Assembly (NCBI GenBank): GCA_036785375.1
Contig: JAWMAR010000603.1
Span: 434,001 to 498,000, forward strand
Direction: 5' to 3'
DNA: 64,000 nucleotides
Origin: Leucoraja ocellata
Lineage: Eukaryota
Position 1 is the first letter of the stretch; every line of letters starts with the position of its first letter. Position numbers and translations under genes: made by a program. Shown in pieces: positions 54,401-64,000 of this stretch. The notes beneath the pieces are model-generated. The model saw nothing but the letters and a program-made list of their open reading frames with translations. It had not been told where the DNA came from and did no database searches.

Positions 54401-55412
54401 AAATATTTTTAACTTAACATTTTCGATATTAAATTCAGACTCCAAGTGCATTGCACCCTAAAGTAAATATTTTTAATTTAACATTTACAATATTAAATTC
54501 AGATGCTCCTTTAAATTTCGTTGTACATGGCTCATGTTACAATGACAATAAAGAAACTATTCTATATTCTATTCTATTCCAAGTAAACAATATGCACTTT
54601 CTCTAGTCATTTTAAAGCTTGGTTCACAAACTAATTATGTACAAAATTAACAGGAATCATATTTCACTATCGGTTGACACGAATGAAATATTTAAAACAT
54701 TTATCCTCCTTTATCCGATGCCCCTGCTGTACAGAATTAGCAAAACAAAAGTGTAAGTAATTTCCAAAATCCTCTAAAAAATTATATATTAGACTATTTT
54801 TGCAATATAAAAATCGAATCAATTCTGTTCAGTATTCTGTTTTACAGCTAGATGCAAAACATGTTTGACTTAGTTGGTAATTTAAAACATATGCTTTCTC
54901 TTTCACAGAAAACTTCAGTGTTACAAATTTAATGTTGAAACAATTGCAAGTCAGGAAGAACAGATGGACTGAAACAAGGGATTTATAGTCTGCAGTGTGG
55001 TATGTAATGATGGAGCAGATGGAATGCATCATCATCAGCTACAACAAGAATGATTTAAGGAATAACCTGGCTTCTCTTGCCAAGTAAAATGGGATGACAG
55101 AATCAAGTTACTGTAGCAACCCAGGTCCACCTATCAGTGAAATTCTACTTTTCCATTCTGACCTTCCCTCCTTAAACAATGCATTTAAAAACATATTTTC
55201 AATTTATTCACTCAACAATCTGGTGATAAGTTACTTTGGTTTTGAAGCAGGTGACAAATTATTTTGATGTCACATTCTTTCAAATGCACGCAAGCATGTA
55301 TTAAAAAAATAAGATGAAAAAATGCAAAGTGATAGGGCCTGGTTGGTGTACTGAGTTAGCACACTGCCCTTCTATCTCTGTTCAAAGATAATCCAGCCTA
55401 CTGAGATGACAG

Positions 55413-55507
55413 GTACACAAAAATGCTGGAGAAACTCAGTGGGTGCAGCAGCATCTATGGAGCGAAGGAAATAGGCAACGTTTCGGGCCGAAACCCATCT
55501 TCAGACA
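55413..55507 (-). mobile_element. Penelope terminal-repeat-derived short element
   Basis: Near-identical to 23836-23932. TSD atgacag at 55406-55412 and 55508-55514. Confidence 0.88.
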
Positions 55508-56820
55508 ATGACAGTTTCTTCTCATTGACAATCAATGTTCACCAGGAACTAACAGGGAAGGGTTTCAATTTGAAACTGTACACAAGGATCTAAACTGCTT
55601 CCTCATTGAGAGCGGGGAAAAACATGTATTAACAAGAAGGGACAACATGAGTGGTGGGCAGAGAGCACGAAGGAAGGGGGCAAAATCAGTAACCAGAACC
55701 AAGTTGTTGATAGCAACTCAAACTGATACTGGAGGGGTACATAGATCTTATAAAAATAGGCTGATAAATCAGCTTTGCTTTGCACCTCGTGCTTAGACAC
55801 ATAAAAATGGATAACATATTGCTGCACCAGTTCTAACCTCTTATTCATCTGTACATCATACCTGACCCGAAACATGATCTTCCACAAATATTTTAATCAA
55901 CACACAAGTATAAGATATATTTCCATCACAAAGCAATAGAAAGCTAACTCTTTTACTTTTGATAACAGCAAAACAACTCAAAGAGCAATCAAGACAAACA
56001 AAGAGACCCACAAGTAACTACGTTTGAAAATATACTGTGATGGTTCAAATTGGGATATTTATTGCGATAAAAACCTCCACCCCATCTAAGGATTTGATAA
56101 CTATTCTGAATGGACGTTGAGATTGACGTGCCACTGCCAAATGGTACACAATGGATAATATAGACCATTCAAGATTGCACTACCTTCTAACAACCTATTA
56201 TTTCTATCATTTTCATTAAATTGTGTAAACGTTTGTTGGTACTTCCATGTTATACAAGATTTAAACCTAGGGCTGTGAATAGTTAAGGAATTGGGAAAGG
56301 AAGAAAGGTAGTTAATCCTCAAAATTCATTAAGCCGTGTTTACAATATTATATATGGTACACTATTATATATGGCAGCAACACTTATTTAGAAGCACAAT
56401 TTAAAATCTTTGTTTCTTTATCATTTGTCCAACTGTGAATTACCATTAAATAGCATGACAAAAGAGTGTAGAAAATTATTAAATTTCCAGCATTATTAAT
56501 ATGTTAAATACAAATAAAATACAACCCTGTTGGTTTTGTCCATAAATACTAATTTTCTCGTTTCCCAGAAAACATGCAAAAACAGATAGAGTCATGTATA
56601 AACGAAATGAGCCAATATTGAATCATGACACTTCAATCAAGGACAATATTGGGAAAATAAGAATCAACTTCTCAACTCCCTAATCAAAAAGGGGAATTTG
56701 TTTATTGTTCTCACTCTTGATCATCATTCTCGAGTCCATACATGAGACAACAATTAGGAAATTCAATCTTGGTCATCCGTTAGCATTCCAAAACCCAGCA
56801 CTCAACTATCAGTAGGAGAC

Positions 56821-56909
56821 GGTCTGAAGAAGGGTCTTGACTCGAAACGTCACCCAATCCTTCTCCAGATACTGCCTGTCCTGCTGAGTTACTCCAGCAT
56901 TTTGTGTTT
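56821..56909 (+). mobile_element. Penelope terminal-repeat-derived short element (89 bp)
   Basis: ggtCTGAAGAagggtcttgactcGAAAcgtc... Perfect 17-bp TSD aactatcagtaggagac at 56804-56820 and 56910-56926. Confidence 0.9.
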
Positions 56910-57934
56910 AACTATCAGTAGGAGACATTCAGGTAAGGTATGAGATAATAGTCAGTGACCCAGCAGGAAGAGAAATGTATATCAACCATACAGAAATGGA
57001 TAGTATCAATTTTCAATTTTGCATCTTGTTTCAAGATTCTTAATCTCATCCATTTACCAAACTTTAAATATAGAATATAGGTTTATAACAATAGCAGTGG
57101 TCACCTTGAAATTCTCACATACCATTACTTCTTGTCCTGAAAATGTAATCAGTGTGTAATATAATGTGGGCCTCTAGACTTCATCATTCCATCAAACTAA
57201 AGGCCAGGTATTCTTGTTCTCCCCTCCCTAAAGAAACCCCTTCAAACGTTGTGCTTTACCTTGCATCTTTATCTATTCACATTCACCTATGCTCAGTTAC
57301 ACTACATTCCAGTTAAGAATTCAAGAAGGAGCAGAGCTAACCCTTTAAGGCCAGCCATGTCCACTCCACCAAGTCTGCTTCACAAATGTAATAAAAACAA
57401 GGTAACAGTAAAACAATAATCGACCACACCACACAAATATTGATTGTTCGGCATCTGGTTCACTGGAGCTCCTCTTCCCCATGCTGACTTTATATGCACC
57501 ATTTCTCATGCTTTCTTCAAACACAATAGCTTCACCGAAACTAATATTTATTATGAAATTGGACAATGTGCAAACAAATTGAATTAAAAGCACGTTGGCA
57601 TATTAATAGGATTAATATACAATTTTTCAGAAACTGCCAGTCTAGCATCACTAAAATATCCTGCAATTTACTGCATATCCTTTACTCATTCACTCGCCCA
57701 TGTATCAGCCTCCCCCCCCCCCATCCCACTTTAGCCCCAAATCTTTTGATCTCAATCTTGAATGTGCTGAATAAAAAAATCAACCACACCCCTCGAGAGC
57801 AGAAAAAAATGTAGATTCATGCCTATTTGAGCTTCCCCTTATTCTGAGGCTGCACAGTGGGTTCCAACCTCTAGAAGTTATAGATGAAAATATTTTCCAC
57901 GGATTCCATCCTCCCAATTACACTCAGAATATTG

Positions 57935-58200
57935 TTAGAATGAGATTCAGCATTCCATTCCCATTATATTCCCATCGATTATATAGGCCCATCCTATTCA
58001 GTCCCATAAGGCGATACCCCCATCCCTGGAATCTGCACATACTGGTTCTACAGCAAACATATCCTTTCTTGGGTTCAAAAAACAAAACTGCACTCAACAC
58101 TCTTGGTGTGGTCTCACCAAAGCCATGTACAATTTGCAGCAAAGTTTGCACTCCATTCCTCTTGCATAAGACCAAAATATAATTTGCTTTCAAAATTGCT
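57935..58200 (-). mobile_element. Degenerate CR1 fragment
   Basis: aaaactgcactcaacactcttggtgtggtctcacca, the reverse of the LVRPH.EYCVQF region. Confidence 0.6.
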
Positions 58201-60721
58201 TGTTGCACAATTATATGTAAAAGGATTTTTAAATTCTCTAAATTCAAAAATGGTTCCAATTCTTTTAACCCGTTTGCTTCATGACTCGCTTTCAGGACAC
58301 CGTGCGAATGTTATACAGCTTTAGTTTTAACCAGCTTTAAATTATCAGTTTGCACACTATTCCTTCATCTGGATCGTTAACAGAGAATGAGGACTGATGC
58401 TTGAAGCACTCCAACAGCAAATTCACCAACCAGAAAATTGTCTACTTATTCCAATATTTTCTGATGGCCATGCCAATTCTGCAGACACTAATGCTGTTGA
58501 ACAATATATATTCTTTATTGATCCAAACTACATCTTCAAAACCCTAAGTACATTTATAAAATGTTATTTCTTTTCCACAGATCTGCATATTCTTAATTAG
58601 ATGTTAAAATTTCTTGTCATCATTTTCATCATGAATTTCGGCCTTTCCTACACATTATGTTAAGCTAACAAAACTGAAGTTCCCATTATCTATGATTTTT
58701 TTTGTGCTGCATAGGTTATCTTCTAATCTTCTGGGGTCACTCGCGAATGCAGAACATTTTGCAAAAAAACTTCAATTGTATTCTCAATCAAAGTGGGTAA
58801 ATAAACCTCATGTACAAGTAATATGTTGGCCTTTGGCCCTATTAAATTCCGCAGAAACATTCATTAATATTAATGATCAATTTCTCATTCATATGACCCA
58901 TAGTTCTCTATATATAATTTATTGTCATCTACTTTTACAAAATATTTGCCAAATGCCAGAGTCAGTTATTCCCCGATTATCTTTCTATCCTGTCTCTTGC
59001 AGGGACTTATTTTAACTTTTTCTTTCTTTCCATTAAACAAAGAATGTAGAAGCTTCACAAATATTTCTTGCTTGATTACTTGCATAGTCATTCTTACTTA
59101 ATTTTGGTTTCAATGACCGAATTGCAAATATTTGCCATTCTTCATACTTTCAAAATTTTAATATTACTTACAGAAACCAGCTCCTCACACCAAGGTTTAA
59201 TGACTTTCAAATGTAGCATTAGAACTGCAATTTGTCATTTTGGAACTCAACACTCAACAATGTTTCATTAAAAAAATTCTCAACCAATTCTCCCATGAAC
59301 TCACCTTAATGTAACTCCATAAATGCCTATAGCTCTCAAAGAACTTTATTTTTGAGTAAATCCAATTTTAGTTAATCCACTCCTGATGATTGTGCCTTCA
59401 GCTATTGATCCCTAAGTTCAGGAATTATTTTGCTAATGCCTTCGTCTCTTAACACCTTTTTCCTCTCAGATCTTTGACAAAACTTTAATCCATATCCCCT
59501 AATCCCCTTATGTGGCTCGGAATCAAATATTGGTTGATGGCATTTCTGTGATACATTTTTTTTCAATGTTAAAGACAAATATAAATCATTACTCTTCTAG
59601 ATAATCACTAAACTATTACTATTTGACAATTTGAATCCAGCAGGATTTAAATCTCAAGTTCAGTTCCAAAATGAAAATCTGTCTCCATTGAAGTAATACT
59701 ATAAACACAAAAACGATATAATCTTCAACTTGATTCAGTCAATAATGTCATACTGTGCAGTGGAAAAACTGTCCTGCCAACGTTTTCAATCGCTTTACTC
59801 ATATACAACATTTTTAATAACTCAATTCCCCATAAAGATGTTCACAATTGTCGTCAGCACCTCATGTGTCCAAATCAAAAAATAGATATAGTTATCATTA
59901 ACACTATGATTATGATGTGCATATCCATTATTTGTGAATACTACAATTTCAACCAAATACCCAAAAGCTTGCTGAAATGGCAACCCACTTGCCTCCAGCC
60001 TCTGTCATAACTTTCAAAATGTCACTCTTCATTCTTTCGGGAGAACTTCAAAGCTTAGTACATAATCGAATAGGAAGACTTCCCAGACAACAGAAGCGGG
60101 TTAAACGTCAAAACTGACATCAGAAAATTCTACTTTCAGCATTCCACTTACTAGCATTTTGGATTATTTATAGCTTAGTATTTGAACTTGCAAGTTCAAC
60201 AGCCTAAAAATCAGAAGGAATTTATTGTACTTATTTTTTTAATATTACTTCTTTTGAACAAAGGTGATGCTCTGGAAAATAAATTGAAAACTTTACTAAA
60301 TTGTGATCTACCAACATGCAACTTTTAAGATGTGAAATTGTTAAATTAGTGCAAATATAAAATCAAAATTAAAAAAACATAGGATAATATTACACTGGAA
60401 ATGTTAGTTAACCCTTTGAGTACTGAACGCCCCTTGCAGCTTTCAAAATGTGTGCATTTTCCATCATTCTTGCAAATGCCGTTTTATTTTAAAGGTTCTG
60501 ATTTATGAAAATAAATATTATTGTTCTCAAAGGGTTAAATCAGCACACATTAGTGTTGTTGATGAATGTCCTTGAGGTCAGTATTTTGGTTAAAAATCAA
60601 ACATGAGGGTCTTTTTTTGCTCCCCTGTGAAATTATGCTACTTGTCAAATAATTTTTGTAAACTAGTTTGGGTAATTAAGTTTTTTTTTAAAGATGCTAA
60701 AAGGTTTGATTCAGTACTCAC

Positions 60722-60786
60722 AGATGCCAAAGCTTTTCCAAGTGCATCACCTGTCTGTGCACCCCAAGCTGCATTTCCTCTGTTCC
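60722..60786 (-). CDS. TCF12: TCF12 coding exon, (G)NRGNAAWGAQTGDALGKALAS
   Basis: Contains the E-protein motif QTGDALGKALAS. Acceptor tatatag, donor gtgagt, 65 nt, phase 1 to 0. Confidence 0.96.
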
Positions 60787-61037
60787 CTATATACAATATA
60801 ATTGGAGCATAAAACACTTGGATTATTCAAAGGATCAACATTGTTTTTTGCACTTGAATGAAAATTTTGTTCCATATATCTTCAATTAATTGCATAAGCT
60901 GGATTTTTTTTTTAAATTAAGGAACAAAATTGCAATTTAGCAGTTGCAAGTAATGCAACTTCATTTTTTTTTTTAATCAATTAGCTGATTATTACTTTCC
61001 ACTTGGGCGTGGAAGTGAACATTTTTTTGTAACATAC

Positions 61038-61179
61038 CCAAAAGGTTTTCTGATCCATTGACTGGTGGTGTGTGTGAGGCTGCAGCATAATGGGAGCTGG
61101 TACTTCCTCGATGGAAGCTAGACATTGGGGGAAGACTGGGGATGATGTCTGTAGGTGAAACTGAATGTGGTGGATAGTT
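61038..61179 (-). CDS. TCF12: TCF12/HEB coding exon (approx. human exon 11), [47 protein letters not shown](G)
   Basis: Manual translation of the reverse complement matches the HEB segment [26 protein letters not shown]. Acceptor tttatag, donor gtatgt, 142 nt, phase 0 to 1. Upstream exons lie beyond the window. Confidence 0.96.
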
Positions 61180-62209
61180 CTATAAAAATAAAAACACCAA
61201 GTAACAACCCTGGATGAGAACAGTCAAATAATTACAGTAGAACCTGCTTAACAGCCATCCTATTTGACAGAGAAGACTTCCGTGAAACCGCACTAAATCG
61301 GAATGGAACTGCTTGGTTTGTACCACAAGAACATGCTTACAAACACCCTTCTTTTTGAAAAATAACTGATTAGATGTATTAGTCAAACATGTTAAAGACA
61401 CATAATCAAAGTAAAATTAAAACTTCACCAACCCTTTACGTTACTGGTGGATTTTGATTTACAAACAACAAATCTACAACATAATAATAAGGAACACATT
61501 ACTTTGACATGGTCAGATTTTATTATGTCATTTTATATGGGGGGGGGGGGGGACTATGTATAAACACAGCTGTAATTTCTACATGGTGAAACCAAAATGT
61601 ATAAAAATACCTTTTACTAAAATCTGACAATGTGCACCACAATCACATGTGATTTTTTCTATTACAAATCTCAAATTGTGGAGTACAGAGGCAAATAAAT
61701 AAATGATGGGTCTTTGTGCCAAACATTATGGAGGGCACTGTACATGACTTCATAACTATCAGTCCAGCAACTCAAGATGATCAAACACCATAAGCACTAA
61801 AGTCTCGCACTTCCTCGACCATGCCTCTTACAAAAAAATGTTTTTTGCTCAAATGAAATGAACTGGATTTTAAATATTATTTAAAATATATACACAGTTC
61901 TTAAAATATCCATTGCAACATCCCTATTTGAAATAAGATTCAATCAAACGTTTAAACTAGTTTTTTTTTTAAAGAAGTCAAAAGCATATGGTATTTTCTT
62001 GAATTAGAAATTTCAAAATGAACTGAAAATGGTGACACTAAAATGCTAATTTATCCATAGTAATCAAAAACATGCCTCATCATAATAGGAGCTTGTGTGC
62101 AAGTGATAGTGTTATTAAACACACTTCCTTAATCCACCTCTTGGCGATCTAACTACAGATTGGCTTCACTGGAAATAAATATGGGGATAGGGAGAAAGAG
62201 AGATATGGT

Positions 62210-62562
62210 GATTTTTTAGAGATATTATATAAAATCTTGAGGGGAATGGATGTTGAACTCACAGAATCTGTTCACCCATTATAGGGGAACCAAGACAGGA
62301 GGGTGTAGATTGCAGGTAAGAAACAACCCAAGAGGCAACTTTTTCCACACAAAGAGTGGTATCTTTATGGAAGAAGCTGTCAGAGGAAATCTTGAAGGCA
62401 GGTACAATAACACCATTTAAAAGACATTTGGCCACACACATGGTTAAGAACGATTTGGAGGGGTATGAACCAAACATGGACAAATGGGACTAGCTTAGAT
62501 GAGACACTTTGGTCGGCACAGAGGAATTGGATCATAGAGCCCGTTTCCATGCTGTATGACTC
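62210..62562 (+). mobile_element. CR1 3' fragment
   Basis: gcaactttttccacacaaagagtggt...cccgtttccatgctgtatgactcta. Confidence 0.75.
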
Positions 62563-63645
62563 TAAAAGAAAAGGTGCCACTTAACCAAAAGAAAATAACC
62601 AACTTTCTCAAAGAAATAACTTGAAGCCAAAAAATACATAAACCATGAATTAGTTAAACAGACAATTGATATATCCAAAATAGTGTATCAGAGGGAGGAA
62701 ATAAGAATATCAAATAAAGGTTTGGAGCTAACATGTTTACGAGTCAAACAGAAGCTTTCAGTGCTAAAATTCATGATTCTACATCTGTATAAACTAACCT
62801 CGTGGAATTCACTGCAATATCAAGAGATACACATTTATAAACCCAGAGCAGTTTGCTAAATACATTTGCATATATAATCACAACAGTGATAAACTGCATT
62901 TCAGAGCCACCCCCATGATTAAATTGATAATTCCATCTTCTCATTCGTCCAAACTAATTAAAAACAAGTTGTCAAATATTTCATTAATGGCATAATGAAA
63001 TTGGTGCTCTTTAACAATTGAATGCATCCTTAATAAATTAAGTTTACAATGCAATTAAAAACCAAATCTTTATCAAAAAATATTTCATTCTGATTTTCAT
63101 GAGTTGTAAATTAATATAATTCAAATAACTTCAGGTCAACATACTCAATACAAATATGACTCTACTCAACTCTAAAAAAGACTTTGTTTCCATTGTTGTT
63201 CTAAACAAAATTTGTTAAGAATTAGCCAGAAAAGGTTTGTGCTTCCCAATTGATCTTTCCATTCCAACTACAGCTGCCATTGAATGTAATGCTGATTAAA
63301 CTCAGCTGCAAATTGACAAAATGCAACTGTTACCTTAGTAACTTGTGCCTTTGCTCCAAACATGAGCTGAAGCACTTGATTTTTTATTTTATTAATGTAC
63401 CTTCTGCTTTGAACATCAAAGCTACTTATTGGAAAACAAAACTTGACATAAATTTACATGATCTCCTTTGCATTTCCCAGATTAAACCCCACAGAACCAA
63501 CTCGACTGACTTATATCTCTAAGTATCCTTATCCAATGTATCATATTTAAAATTCTTGGTGTCATGTCAAAATCCCTTCACTGCCTCACCACTCCCCTTA
63601 CTCCACTACTACCAACCACTCTCTTACAATTTCTGAATCGTGCAT

Positions 63646-63847
63646 TTAAGAAGGAACTGCAGATGCTGGAAAATCGAAGGTAGACAAAAATGCCGGAGAA
63701 ACGCAGCGGGTGTAGCAGCATCTATGGAGCGAAGGAAATAGGCAACGTTTCAGGCTGAAGAAGGGTTTCGGCCAGAAACGTTGCCTATTTCCTTCGCTCC
63801 ATAGATGCTGCTGCACCCGCTGAGTTTCTCCAGCATTTTTGTCTACC
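63646..63847. mobile_element. Head-to-head inverted pair of Penelope terminal repeats (fold-back element)
   Basis: Arms at about 63676-63750 and 63776-63850 are reverse complements around a CTGAAGAagggtttcggccaGAAAcgtt core. TSD ttctgaatc(g/a)tgcat at 63631-63645 and 63848-63862. Confidence 0.9.
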
Positions 63848-64000
63848 TTCTGAATCATGCATCTTTTAAAGTTTATGTCCCCTGATATGAAAACATTCAC
63901 TGGAGGGATTAGTTTCTTATCACTGATCAAATTCCACAATCACCTAAGACACCTTGAAAAGATTATCCCTTAAATATTCTGTATTTGGCTGAACATAGGT

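Noticed and set aside
61180-64000. HEBAlt alternative first exon (MYCAY...-type)
   Set aside because: Not seen; it is expected further upstream, beyond the window.

Overview
This is vertebrate nuclear DNA, about 38-40% GC by eye. The repeat content (CR1/HER1-like LINEs, Rex1/Babar, Penelope-like elements, V-SINEs) points to a cartilaginous fish, probably a skate or ray (inference). The window holds the 3' half of TCF12 (HEB, class I bHLH E-protein) on the minus strand. I traced 10 coding exons by hand with GT-AG sites and consistent phases (61179 to 18322), including the 72-nt TCF12-specific alternative exon, plus a probable non-coding terminal exon starting at 16401. A GC/CpG-rich promoter-like region with minus-strand splice donors lies at about 740-1110 and may start the next gene (CGNL1 by human synteny, unverified). 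The two most interesting observations: (1) a family of roughly 90-200 bp elements built from the hammerhead-ribozyme-like terminal repeat of a Penelope-like retroelement, inserted many times with 7-17 bp target-site duplications, alongside a GIY-YIG-coding partner; (2) a 55-bp piece of TCF12 intron copied in inverted orientation into a nearby CR1 LINE, making an inverted repeat that brackets the bHLH exon cluster. All coordinates were read manually and no searches were run.
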